Shown piece by piece: positions 8,308 to 17,100 of a DNA stretch of 64,000 nt. Location: contig JBFXJL010000001.1 of the NCBI GenBank assembly GCA_050174915.1, forward strand, positions 411,346 through 475,345, read 5' to 3'. The translations under genes and the position numbers were made by a program. The stretch's first letter is position 1, and every line of letters begins with the position of its first letter. Source of the stretch: Elusimicrobiales bacterium. GTDB taxonomy: Bacteria > Elusimicrobiota > Elusimicrobia > Elusimicrobiales > UBA9959. Under the pieces are notes generated by a model. The model saw only the letters and a program-made list of their open reading frames with translations, ran no database searches and was not told the DNA's origin.

Positions 8308-9539
8308 TTAAATTCGGCTCCCGCGGCGGTTTCAAGCTTGATCAGGGCCAGGCGCGCCCGGGCCTGCGCCTGCGACAGGGCCAGGCGGGTCTGCTGCGCG
8401 GTATTGAGCGAGCCGAGCACGTCCAGGTTGTTCACCAGGCCCAGTTTGTAATCCTCGGCCTGGTAACGGGCGTTTTCCTCGGCCAGCACCAGGGCCTCGG
8501 CCAGCGTACGCTCCTGGCGCAGCGAATAGTCCAGTTCATCGTAGGCGGAGCGCACCTCGGACTGGGCCTGCCGCAGCGCCAGGTCCAGCGCCAGCCCCGC
8601 GGCCTTCCGGGCCGCGTAGGCCGCGTCGCGGCCGGCCTTCAGGGCGCCGCCGGTGTAAAGAGGTATTTTAAGGAAGGCGCCGGCGTCCCAGCGGCTCTCG
8701 GGTTCCGGCATCGGATCGCGCAGCACGAAATAGTTGGCGGCCAGGTCCAGCGTAGGCAGAGCGCCTCGCTCCTGCAGCTCGGCCAGGTAACCGTAGGACC
8801 GCTCCGCTAGTCGCCTAGCCTCCACGTCCGGCCGCGAACGCGCCAGGGCCAGGTAGTCGGTCAGCGGGGCCCCGCCGCGGGCTTCTATCTCCGCGGGCGC
8901 CAGGTCCTCCTGCAGGCCGGTCATGAAGCGCAGCGCCTGCTGGGCCAGGCGCTCGTCGGAGAGGGCGGCCAGGTAGCCTGCCTTATCCTGGGCCAGCTGG
9001 GAGCGGGCCGCGACCACCTCGCTGCGGCGCGAGCGCCCAATGGCAGCCCGTGATTCCAGCTCGCTTATGCGCCGCGCCGTGACCGCCAGCTGGTCAGCGC
9101 GGATCCCGGCCTCGCGCTGGGCGGCGAGCAGGTTGAGATAGGATTGCGCCGCGGAGAGATAGAGCCTTTGCCGGGCGCGCTCCAGGTCGAGCCGGGCGGC
9201 GCCCGAGCGGGCCGAGGCGGCTTTTACGGAGACATAGTCCCGCATGCCTGAATAGAGGTTATAGGCCGCTGAGAAATAGCCGCGCGACGCCGCGTCGGAG
9301 TGCTGCTGTTTGGTCAGGGAGGCGTTGAAATCGAAAGAGGGGCGGAAACCGGAGGCCAGTTGCCGCTCGGCCGCGTCTAACTGGGCCACGCCCTCGGCGG
9401 CCGCGGCCAGTTCTTCGCTGCGCGCCAGCGCCAGGGAACGGGTTTCCCCCATGGCAATAGCCCTCATGGAAGAGGTGGAAAAGTCCTGGGCCGCCAGCGG
9501 GGCGGCGGGCAGCAGCAGGCAGGCTAGGAGTAATTTCAT
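8304..9539 (-). CDS. TolC-family outer membrane efflux protein
   Basis: 411 aa with a signal peptide and two repeated coiled-coil halves rich in A/L/R/Q, typical of OEP/TolC. It overlaps the RND start by 4 nt. Confidence 0.85.
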   Translation of the reverse strand: MKLLLACLLLPAAPLAAQDFSTSSMRAIAMGETRSLALARSEELAAAAEGVAQLDAAERQLASGFRPSFDFNASLTKQQHSDAASRGYFSAAYNLYSGMRDYVSVKAASARSGAARLDLERARQRLYLSAAQSYLNLLAAQREAGIRADQLAVTARRISELESRAAIGRSRRSEVVAARSQLAQDKAGYLAALSDERLAQQALRFMTGLQEDLAPAEIEARGGAPLTDYLALARSRPDVEARRLAERSYGYLAELQERGALPTLDLAANYFVLRDPMPEPESRWDAGAFLKIPLYTGGALKAGRDAAYAARKAAGLALDLALRQAQSEVRSAYDELDYSLRQERTLAEALVLAEENARYQAEDYKLGLVNNLDVLGSLNTAQQTRLALSQAQARARLALIKLETAAGAEFK

Positions 9540-9580
9540 CCCCCTTATTTTACTAAATACCGGAGAAGGGAATCGGATAA

Positions 9581-10672
9581 CTACTTTTTAATCAGTTGCC
9601 AGGCGATGTCGGCGGTTTTCGAGAGGTGGTCCAGCAGCAGGTATTCGTTATTGGACTGCGGGTTCTTGACCCCCGTGCCCACGCTCACTGCGGCTATGCC
9701 CCTGGCATTAAGGGCGTTGGCCTCGCTGCCTGATCGAGCCGGCACGGGAACCGGCGCCAGGCCCGCTCCAAGCATGGCTTCTTCGGCCAGGCGGCGCACT
9801 TCGGCGCCGGCGGGATGCGAGTAAGGCGCGAATTCCCAGGACCATTTGAAGGCGGCCGCGCCGCCCGCGGCGGCGGCGGCGGCCTCGAACTCCGCCTTTA
9901 TCCGGTCGAGGACCGGCTTGGCGCTCTCCGGCAAGGAGGCGCGCACCTGACCCCTGACCATGGCCGCCAGGGGCACCGTGCCCGGCTCCGAACCGCCGGC
10001 TATGGTGCCGATATTGGAAGTAGTCTCCGCGTCATGCCGGCCGAATTTCAGGGCCGCCAGCGCCCGGGCGGCGATGCTGACGGCGCACACGCCCTTCTCC
10101 GGCTCCGCGGCCGCGTCGGCCGAGCGTCCCAGCACGTCGGCGGAGAAAAGCGCCACGCCGTGCGAGGAAACCGTATACGCGCCGGGATCCAGCGGCGCGT
10201 CGAAGACGAAACCGCAGCGCACAGACCCGGGCAGGACCAGATGTCTGGCGCCTGCCATATTATGACGCCCTTTAGTCGTAAAGGCCAGCGTAAAAGGCTT
10301 GAGGGGCAGGTTGGTGTTCACCGCGCGCTCCACCGCGTAGAGCAGGGCGGCCATGCCGGCGCGGGCGTCGGCGCCGAGCGGGTTCTTGCCGTCGGCCGAG
10401 ACACGGTCCGCGGTCACCGCGGGCACGGTGGAGGAAGTATAGCGCTGGGTATCCATATGCGCCAGCAGCGCCAGGCAGCCCCCGCCGCCCACGCGGCAGA
10501 CCACGTTGCTGGTGTTCGAGAGAGCGGCCGCGGCCGCGCCGTCCAACTGGGCCGGCAGGCCCAACCCGTTCAGGAAGGCGAAGACGCGTTTGGCCACCGC
10601 GTCCTCCTTGCCGGGGAGGCCGTCCAGGCGGGCCAGTTCCAGGAATAGGTCTAAGAGCCGGCGGCTTACCAT
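9581..10672 (-). CDS. M20-family peptidase paralog lacking the catalytic Glu-Glu pair
   Basis: 363 aa. LLAHMDT and LGADARAG align to PepT motifs, but the PepT FTPDEE motif aligns to FTTKGR. Confidence 0.7.
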   Translation of the reverse strand: MVSRRLLDLFLELARLDGLPGKEDAVAKRVFAFLNGLGLPAQLDGAAAAALSNTSNVVCRVGGGGCLALLAHMDTQRYTSSTVPAVTADRVSADGKNPLGADARAGMAALLYAVERAVNTNLPLKPFTLAFTTKGRHNMAGARHLVLPGSVRCGFVFDAPLDPGAYTVSSHGVALFSADVLGRSADAAAEPEKGVCAVSIAARALAALKFGRHDAETTSNIGTIAGGSEPGTVPLAAMVRGQVRASLPESAKPVLDRIKAEFEAAAAAAGGAAAFKWSWEFAPYSHPAGAEVRRLAEEAMLGAGLAPVPVPARSGSEANALNARGIAAVSVGTGVKNPQSNNEYLLLDHLSKTADIAWQLIKK

Positions 10673-10676
10673 CGCC

Positions 10677-11909
10677 TTATTTCGCCCACTCGCGGGCCAG
10701 GTTCACCAGCACCTCGGCGGACTTGTTCATGCCGTCGAGCGAAACCCACTCGTAGCGGCCGTGGTAATTGTAGCCGCCGGTGAAAACATTGGGCGCTGGC
10801 AGACCCATGAAAGAGAGGCGGGCGCCGTCCGTGCCGCCGCGCACCGGCTTGATATGGGGCACCAGCCCGGCCTGCCGAACCGCCGCCAGCAGGTTGCCCA
10901 TGATCTCCGGGCGCTTCACTATGACTTCCTTCATGTTGCGGTACTGCTCCCTGAAAGAGAGCTCTATCCTGGCGAGCGGATACTTCAGGCGCATCGCCGC
11001 CACCAGGGCCTCCAACTGCCGCTCCATAGCCTTGAGTTTTTTCAGGTCGTGCTCCCGGACTATGCCGGACACCTCGGCCTTCTCAATTTCGGCGGCGATA
11101 TCGGAGAACATGATGAACCCCTCGCGCCCGGCCGTGGTCTCGGGCAGCAGGTTCTCGGGCCACGCGGCCACGATGTCGGCGGCTATGCGCGCGGCGTTGG
11201 CCAGCGCGTTCTTGGCGGTGCCGGGGTGCACGCTCTTGCCGGCTATGGTGATCTTGACGCTGTCGGCGTTGAAATTTTCCTCCTCCACCGCGCCGGCCAC
11301 GTCCCCGTCGAAGGTATAGGCGCACTCGGCGCCGAAGGCCTTAACGTTGAAATACTTCACGCCCTGGCCCACTTCCTCGTCGGGGGTGAACCCGATCTTG
11401 AGCGGGCCGTGCGGGATCTCCTTGTGCCGGAGCAAGTACTGGGCCGCCGCCATGATGATGGCGATGCCGGCCTTATCGTCGGCGCCCAGGAGCGTGTCGC
11501 CGGAGGCGGTGACGATGTCTTCCCCCCTGCAGCCGGCCAGTTCGGGGCAGTTCTTTTCGTTAAGGATCACGCCCAGCCGGCGGCTGATCACGATGTCGCC
11601 GCCCTTCCAGGCCTTGTGCAGCTGCGGCTTAACGCCGGCGCCCGAGGCGGCCGGGGAGGTGTCCATGTGCGCCAGCAGGCCGATGGCGGGCTTCTTGCCC
11701 TTCACCGTGGCGGGAATCTCGGCGGTGACGTAGCCGTATTTATCGAGCTTCACCTTTTTGGCGCCGATGCTCTTGAGTTCCGCGGCCAGCAGGCGTGCCA
11801 GCGCGAATTGTTTCTTCGTGGAAGGGAAAGTCGGCGACTTCTCGTCGCTGGCGGTGTCTATCCGGACGTAACGGGCAAAGCGTTCGTAGATCTCTTTCTT
11901 CAGGTCCAT
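10677..11909 (-). CDS. pepT: peptidase T (tripeptide aminopeptidase)
   Basis: LLAHMDTSP, GADDKAGIA and FTPDEEVG are present, and length is about 410 aa from the ATG at 11909 (SD GGAGG 5 nt upstream). The 20-codon N-terminal extension to 11969 is rejected. Confidence 0.9.
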   Translation of the reverse strand: MDLKKEIYERFARYVRIDTASDEKSPTFPSTKKQFALARLLAAELKSIGAKKVKLDKYGYVTAEIPATVKGKKPAIGLLAHMDTSPAASGAGVKPQLHKAWKGGDIVISRRLGVILNEKNCPELAGCRGEDIVTASGDTLLGADDKAGIAIIMAAAQYLLRHKEIPHGPLKIGFTPDEEVGQGVKYFNVKAFGAECAYTFDGDVAGAVEEENFNADSVKITIAGKSVHPGTAKNALANAARIAADIVAAWPENLLPETTAGREGFIMFSDIAAEIEKAEVSGIVREHDLKKLKAMERQLEALVAAMRLKYPLARIELSFREQYRNMKEVIVKRPEIMGNLLAAVRQAGLVPHIKPVRGGTDGARLSFMGLPAPNVFTGGYNYHGRYEWVSLDGMNKSAEVLVNLAREWAK

Positions 11910-11985
11910 GCAGCCTCCAGCGCTTAAAGTTGCCAACGAAAAAAGGATATAATTAAAGTATCCAGTCATTCAAGGAGTCCCCCCC

Positions 11986-12612
11986 ATGGCCATCAGCTTC
12001 ATGCCTAAGGAAGTTAAATTTTTCGATTTTCTCAACCTGCAGACCGAGAACATCGTAAAGGCAGCCGGCTGCTTCAAGCACGCCGTCAAACAGGGGCGCT
12101 TCGACGAGGAGACCGTAAAGCAGATAAAGAATTTCGAGCACGAGGGCGACACCCTCTCCCACGAGATCGTGGACATGCTCAACCGCACGTTCATCACCCC
12201 CATCGACCGCGAGGACATCTACGCGCTGGCCAACACCCTCGACGACATCCTGGACATGATCAACTCGATGTCCAACCGCATCAAGCTCTACAGGCTCGAC
12301 GCCAACGAAGAGCATATGAACCTCTTCGCCGACACCATAGACCAGTCCGCCCAGGCGCTGGCCAACGCCGTCAAGCACATGCACGACACCAAGCGCGCCC
12401 GCCGCGTGCTGGACCACTGCATCGAGGTCAACCGCCTGGAGAACGTGGGAGACCAGATCCGCGAAAAGGCCATCAGCCGCCTGTTCGAGACCGAGAAGGA
12501 CCCGATCATGGTCATCAAGTGGAAGGAGATCTACGAGGTGGCCGAGGGCACGCTGGACACCTGCGAGCACGTGGCCAAGGTCATCGAGGCCATCCTCGTA
12601 AAGCACGGCTAG
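11986..12612 (+). CDS. DUF47 (PhoU-like, TIGR00153) family protein
   Basis: 208 aa, all-helical. KEVKFFDFL..EGD..HEI..L...FITPIDREDI is typical of DUF47. SD AAGGAG. Confidence 0.85.
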   Translation: MAISFMPKEVKFFDFLNLQTENIVKAAGCFKHAVKQGRFDEETVKQIKNFEHEGDTLSHEIVDMLNRTFITPIDREDIYALANTLDDILDMINSMSNRIKLYRLDANEEHMNLFADTIDQSAQALANAVKHMHDTKRARRVLDHCIEVNRLENVGDQIREKAISRLFETEKDPIMVIKWKEIYEVAEGTLDTCEHVAKVIEAILVKHG

Positions 12613-12649
12613 CCCGCCGCTCAACCGCCAGCTCCCGTAAAAAGAAAAA

Positions 12650-12672
12650 GGGCCGCGCCGAGCGGCCCTTTT
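12650..12672. terminator. bidirectional hairpin terminator between convergent genes
   Basis: GGGCCGC-GCCGA-GCGGCCC, flanked by AAAGAAAAA and TTTTC. Confidence 0.6.
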
Positions 12673-12689
12673 CAACTGTCACGGCCGGG

Positions 12690-13949
12690 CTACTTCTTGG
12701 CCGCCGCGCGGCCGGCCAGGATGCCGGAGGTCCAGGCCAGGTGCAGGTTGTAGCCGCCGGAATCACCGTCGAGGTCCAGCAGTTCTCCCGCCACGTAGAG
12801 GCCGGGAACCAGCTTAGAAGCGAAGGTGGCGGGATCTATTTCCGAGAGCGCGCAGCCGCCGGCCGTCACCATGGCGTCCTCGAAGCCCAGCGACCCCTTG
12901 AGCGATACCGGGAAAGACTTGAGCATGGCCGCCAGCGCGTCCAGCCCGGGGCCGACAGGGGCGTCCCAGCCCAGGCCGCAGCGGGCGGCGGCGGCCTTCA
13001 CCAGTTTCTCGTTGAGGAGACCGCAGGCGAAATGGCGCAGCGGGCGGCCCGCGAACAAGGAGGTGCGCTTCTCCAGCAGCGCGGCGAGTTTCCTCTCCGT
13101 CAGTTCAGGGAAGAAATCGGCTTCCAGATAAACCCTGTAGTCCTTCATGGCCGTGACCGCGGCGCGGCTGAGGTCCAGCACCGCGGGCCCGGAAACCCCG
13201 TAAGAGGTGAACAACAGTTCCCCGTCGGTCTGGGCCACGGGCTCGCCGTCGAGCATCAGCCGCAGCGCCACGGGGGCCCTCACGCCGTCCAGTTCTTTAA
13301 GAAAGTTTTCGTTGGACCGCAGCGGGGCTATGACCGGGACCAGCGGCGAGACCGTGTGACCCAGCCCGCGCAGCAGCGCCGCGCCGGAGGCAGAGCCGCC
13401 TATCTGCGGGTAACAGGGGCCGCCGGCGGCCAGTATCACGCGCCGCGCGCCCAGCAGAGTCCTCTCGCCGGGCCCCGCCTTCTTCTCCCACTGCGGCGGC
13501 ACCTTGCAGGCCTGCACAGCAAAGCCGCCCCCGCCCGGAGTCACGGCGGTCACCTCAGTGAGCGTCTGTATGCGCCCGCCGCGGAAGGCCAGTTCGTTAG
13601 AGAGCGAGCCCACCACGTCCTGCGCGCGCATGGAGCGAGGGAACAGGCGCCCATCGGTTTCCTTTACCCAGAGCAGGCCCAGGCCCTCGAAAAACGCGGG
13701 AACTTCAGCGGGCGGCAGCGCGGCGAAGGTTTTCTTGAGGAAGGCTGCCGCCGGCGGGTGGTAGCGCGCCGGCGTCACCGAGGCGTTGGAGAAATTGCAC
13801 TTGCCGGCGCCGGTGGAGAGGATCTTCCTGCCGGGCACGTGGTTCTTCTCCAGCACCAGGACCGAAGCCCCGGCGCGGGCCGCTTCCACGGCGGCGGCAA
13901 GGCCGGCCGCGCCGGCCCCGACGACTAACAAGTCATACGTCTGTTCCAT
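12690..13949 (-). CDS. FAD-dependent oxidoreductase, HI0933/BaiN-like family
   Basis: 419 aa. N-terminal dinucleotide fold YDLLVVGAGAAGLAAA, and C-terminal GLYVAGELLDLDGDSGGYNL typical of TIGR00275 flavoproteins. Confidence 0.85.
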   Translation of the reverse strand: MEQTYDLLVVGAGAAGLAAAVEAARAGASVLVLEKNHVPGRKILSTGAGKCNFSNASVTPARYHPPAAAFLKKTFAALPPAEVPAFFEGLGLLWVKETDGRLFPRSMRAQDVVGSLSNELAFRGGRIQTLTEVTAVTPGGGGFAVQACKVPPQWEKKAGPGERTLLGARRVILAAGGPCYPQIGGSASGAALLRGLGHTVSPLVPVIAPLRSNENFLKELDGVRAPVALRLMLDGEPVAQTDGELLFTSYGVSGPAVLDLSRAAVTAMKDYRVYLEADFFPELTERKLAALLEKRTSLFAGRPLRHFACGLLNEKLVKAAAARCGLGWDAPVGPGLDALAAMLKSFPVSLKGSLGFEDAMVTAGGCALSEIDPATFASKLVPGLYVAGELLDLDGDSGGYNLHLAWTSGILAGRAAAKK

Positions 13950-13963
13950 AAATATTCACGCAA

Positions 13964-14088
13964 CGACAAGGGGACAGGGTTAGCAAAAGCCCCTCGGAGG
14001 CCGAGGCTTGCGTAAGCGCCGAGGCCGAGAGCGGCAGGCGCGGCCACGGTGTGGCCGACGCCGATTTTGCGTTCCTGTCCCCTTGTCG
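13964..14088 (+). repeat. nested-palindrome intergenic element, type 1, copy A
   Basis: 15-bp perfect terminal inverted repeat CGACAAGGGGACAGG / CCTGTCCCCTTGTCG. The core GTTAGCAAAAGCC...GATTTTGCGTT is shared with 33973-34092 (reverse complement) and 59441-59707. Confidence 0.85.
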
Positions 14089-14092
14089 AAGC

Positions 14093-15070
14093 CTACACCC
14101 TGCCGGCGGAGCCGAGCACGGTGGCGTTCTTGTCCATGTACATCTTTATCAGTTCTTCGCGGGCCGGGCCCAGGTACTTGCGCGGGTCGAACTCGGTGGG
14201 CTTCTCGGCGAAGACCTTGCGGATCACAGCGGTCATCACCAGGCGGCCGTCGGAGTCGATGTTGATCTTGCAGACGGCGGATTTGGCCGCGCGGCGCAGC
14301 TGCTCGGCGGACACGCCCACGGCGTTCTCCATCTTGCCGCCGTACTTGTTGATCATGTCGATATATTCGTTGAGCACCGAGGAGGCGCCGTGCAGCACTA
14401 TCGGGAAGCCGGGGATGCGCTTCTCGCATTCCTCGAGGATGTCGAAGCGCAGCGGGGGCGCGCTCTCGCCGGGCTTCACTTTGAACTTGAAGGCGCCGTG
14501 GCTGGTGCCGATGGAAATGGCCAGCGAGTCCACGCCGGTCTTCTTGACGAAATCCTCCACCTGCGCGGGGTCGGTGTAATTGGAATGCTCGTGGGAGACC
14601 TCGTCCTCTATACCGGCCAGCACGCCCAGCTCGCCTTCCACGGTAACGTCGTACTTGTGGGCGTATTCCACGACCTCTTTGGTGATCTCCACGTTCTTCT
14701 CGTAGGGGTGGTGGGAAGCGTCGATCATCACCGAGGAGAAGCCGTTGTCGATGCAGCTCTTGCACAGCTCTACGGTGTCGCCGTGGTCGAGGTGCAGGGC
14801 CACAGGCACGGGGCCTTCCTTGAATTCCTTGATCATTTCCATCGCGCCGCGGCCCATCCAGCGCAGCAGCGTGGCGTTGGCGTAATCGCGCGCGCCCTTG
14901 GAGAGCTGCAGGATCACCGGCGAGCGGGAGCGGCAGCAGGCGGTCAGGATGGCCTGGAGCTGCTCCATGTTGTTGAAATTATAGGCGGGCACGGCGTAGC
15001 CGTCCTTCATGGCGTTCTTGAACATTTCGCGGGTGTTGACGAAACCGAGTTCTTTGTATGATACGGGCAT
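14093..15070 (-). CDS. fba: class II fructose-1,6-bisphosphate aldolase
   Basis: 325 aa. The N-terminus has YAVPAYNFNNMEQ. Also LHLDHG and GTSHGAFKF motifs. SD GGAGG. Confidence 0.95.
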   Translation of the reverse strand: MPVSYKELGFVNTREMFKNAMKDGYAVPAYNFNNMEQLQAILTACCRSRSPVILQLSKGARDYANATLLRWMGRGAMEMIKEFKEGPVPVALHLDHGDTVELCKSCIDNGFSSVMIDASHHPYEKNVEITKEVVEYAHKYDVTVEGELGVLAGIEDEVSHEHSNYTDPAQVEDFVKKTGVDSLAISIGTSHGAFKFKVKPGESAPPLRFDILEECEKRIPGFPIVLHGASSVLNEYIDMINKYGGKMENAVGVSAEQLRRAAKSAVCKINIDSDGRLVMTAVIRKVFAEKPTEFDPRKYLGPAREELIKMYMDKNATVLGSAGRV

Positions 15071-15134
15071 ATTGTCCTCCGGCTGGAATTGCGCTGCAGA
15101 ATCATTATATTAATTAAACCGCCGCCGTCAAAAC

Positions 15135-15164
15135 TTACTTTCCCCCCGTGGAATTTGCTAAAAT
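15135..15164 (+). promoter_or_regulatory. possible promoter of the DUF296-era operon
   Basis: TTACTT (15135-15140), 18 nt spacer, extended -10 TGCTAAAAT (TAAAAT at 15159-15164). Confidence 0.4.
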
Positions 15165-15242
15165 ACATTATTCCGCCTTTCCTGCACGGTGCACTGCGCG
15201 GGGTCAGGGGGTCGGGGAATCAACGGGGACAACGGAGGGAAA

Positions 15243-15692
15243 ATGCAACAACAGGAAAAACCTTATCTTACCGGCAGGGCCTTCTTATTCAGCATCCATA
15301 AGGGCGAGGACCTGCTGCAGGCTATCCAATATTTCTGCCATCACCACCAGGTCCGCTGCGGCCTGATCAACGCCATAGGCGCCGTGGAAAAGGCGGTGTT
15401 CAGCGTCTACGACCAGAAGGCCAAGAAGTACAACAAGCTGACCCTGGAGAAGGAGCTCGAGATCCTGTCCCTCTCCGGCAACATCAGCCTGTTCGACGAC
15501 AAGCCCATGGTGCACGCGCACGCGATGTTCTCCGACAACGAGGGCAAGGCCTTCGGCGGCCACCTGGTGGCCGGGTCGCGCGTTTTCAGCGCCGAGGTCT
15601 TCATACAGGAACTCACCGGCGATATCAAGGTGCGCAAACTGGAGAAAGCCACGCAGCTGCCGCTGTGGGCCAACCCGGTCTGCCTTAAATGA
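15243..15692 (+). CDS. PPC (DUF296) domain protein
   Basis: ATG at 15243 is preceded by GGAGGGA. The pattern ...LSGNISLFDDKPMVHAHAMFSD..GKAFGGHL is typical of DUF296. Confidence 0.8.
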   Translation: MQQQEKPYLTGRAFLFSIHKGEDLLQAIQYFCHHHQVRCGLINAIGAVEKAVFSVYDQKAKKYNKLTLEKELEILSLSGNISLFDDKPMVHAHAMFSDNEGKAFGGHLVAGSRVFSAEVFIQELTGDIKVRKLEKATQLPLWANPVCLK

Positions 15693-16639
15693 CGGACGGC
15701 GCGCCCAAAGCCACGGATGGAGGCGGCATAATACCGCCTCCATCTTCATTCCGGGCCGGCTTCGTGCCCATCACCGGCCTGCCCAACGCCGGCAAGTCGA
15801 CGCTGATGAACGCCCTGTGCGGCACGCGGCTTTCCATCATCTCGGAAAAACCGCAGACCACCCGCAATAATATCCTGGGGATACTCAACGGCAAGGATTA
15901 CCAGGCCGTCTTCGTGGACACGCCCGGCTTCCTGCGCGCGCGCAACATGTTCGAGCGCAGCATGGAAGGCGCCATCAAGCGCGCCGCCGCCGAGGAAGGC
16001 GATATCTGCATCCTCATCGTGGAGCCCGGCCTCCCCCCCGAGGACAAGATCCCGCTGTTCGACCCGCTCAAGCAGGTGCGCTGCCCGCTCTACCTGGTCA
16101 TCAACAAGCTGGACAAGGAAAAGACCGGCGACCGTGCCAAGGCCGCGGAGGACTTCTACTCCAAGCTGCTCACCGTGGACAAAGTCTTTCACATTTCCGC
16201 AATCTCCGGCGGAGGCCTGAAGGAACTGCGCGCCGGCCTCAAGGCCGCGCTGCCGGAGCACCCCCCCTACTATCCCGTGGACCAGGTCACCGACCGCTGG
16301 GAGAAATTCTACGCCGCGGAGATAATCCGGGAGCAGATCTTCAAGATGTACACCCAGGAGATCCCCTACTCCTGCGCGGTGGAAATAGAGGTTTTCAGGG
16401 AAGCGCCCGGTGAGGACGATCAGATACTGGCCGCCGTGCACGTGGCCCGCGCCGGGCAGAAGCCCATCATCATAGGCAAAGGCGGCTCGGCCATCGCCCG
16501 CCTGCGAGAGGCTTCGGCCAAGGCCATCGGCTCTTTCCTCCACCGCCCGGTGGAACTGCACCTCACGGTCAAGGTGACCCCCGGCTGGCAGGACAACCCG
16601 GTTTTCCTCAAAGAGATCGGTTTCTATGACAAGAAGTAG
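15689..16639 (+). CDS. era: GTPase Era
   Basis: G1 GLPNAGKST, G3 DTPG, G4 NKLD and a C-terminal KH domain (IIIGKGGSAI). ATGA overlap with the upstream gene. Confidence 0.9.
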   Translation: MTDGAPKATDGGGIIPPPSSFRAGFVPITGLPNAGKSTLMNALCGTRLSIISEKPQTTRNNILGILNGKDYQAVFVDTPGFLRARNMFERSMEGAIKRAAAEEGDICILIVEPGLPPEDKIPLFDPLKQVRCPLYLVINKLDKEKTGDRAKAAEDFYSKLLTVDKVFHISAISGGGLKELRAGLKAALPEHPPYYPVDQVTDRWEKFYAAEIIREQIFKMYTQEIPYSCAVEIEVFREAPGEDDQILAAVHVARAGQKPIIIGKGGSAIARLREASAKAIGSFLHRPVELHLTVKVTPGWQDNPVFLKEIGFYDKK

Positions 16640-17099
16640 CGGAGAAGAGCGCCTGGTTTACGCGCTGGCGGCCTACCTCGGCGCCTCGCTGCTGGCCACC
16701 GTGCTGCTGCTGCTGTTCTCCCTGGCGGGGATGAAACTGCTCTTCGCCGCCGCGCGTTACGCGCTGGGACCGGAGGCGGTATACTGGCTCAAGCCCGCGC
16801 TTTACGACTCGGCGGGCTTCGCCCTGGCCGCGGCCGGCACCGCGCTGGCCCAGTACTTCCTGGTCAGCCTGCTGCGGCGCGCCGCCGACGAAAAAATGTT
16901 CCTCGTCGTCATCTGCGGCTTCACCGCCCTGTTCTGCGGCCTGCTCTTCTGGCGGACCGCGCTTTTCTCCAGCCTGGGCGCCTACGGCCTCTCCGGCCTG
17001 CCCGTCACGCTGGCCGTCCTGCTGGGCGGCCTGGAAGCGATTTACCAGACGGACACGCAGAACCCGTGGCCGTCTTCGGTTTCCTCTCTTTTTCGGTAG
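16626..17099 (+). CDS. hypothetical integral membrane protein (4 predicted TM helices)
   Basis: 157 aa and hydrophobic. It overlaps the era stop by 14 nt. I recognise no family. Confidence 0.5.
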   Translation: MTRSSGEERLVYALAAYLGASLLATVLLLLFSLAGMKLLFAAARYALGPEAVYWLKPALYDSAGFALAAAGTALAQYFLVSLLRRAADEKMFLVVICGFTALFCGLLFWRTALFSSLGAYGLSGLPVTLAVLLGGLEAIYQTDTQNPWPSSVSSLFR

Positions 17100-17100
17100 C

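Noticed and set aside
11986-12612. DUF47 gene as part of a Pit-type phosphate transporter pair.
   Set aside because: The usual partner, a PiT-family permease, is not adjacent. The next gene is a convergent flavoprotein beyond a terminator. An orphan DUF47 gene is not in itself remarkable.
14008-14265. Short ORFs starting inside repeat elements (14008-14265 and 34186-34389, both beginning MRKRR; also 59274-59558, 59423-59635 and 28200-28577).
   Set aside because: Their similarity is explained by the DNA repeat itself. The reading frames are not conserved between copies, and they run into neighbouring genes on the wrong frame or strand.
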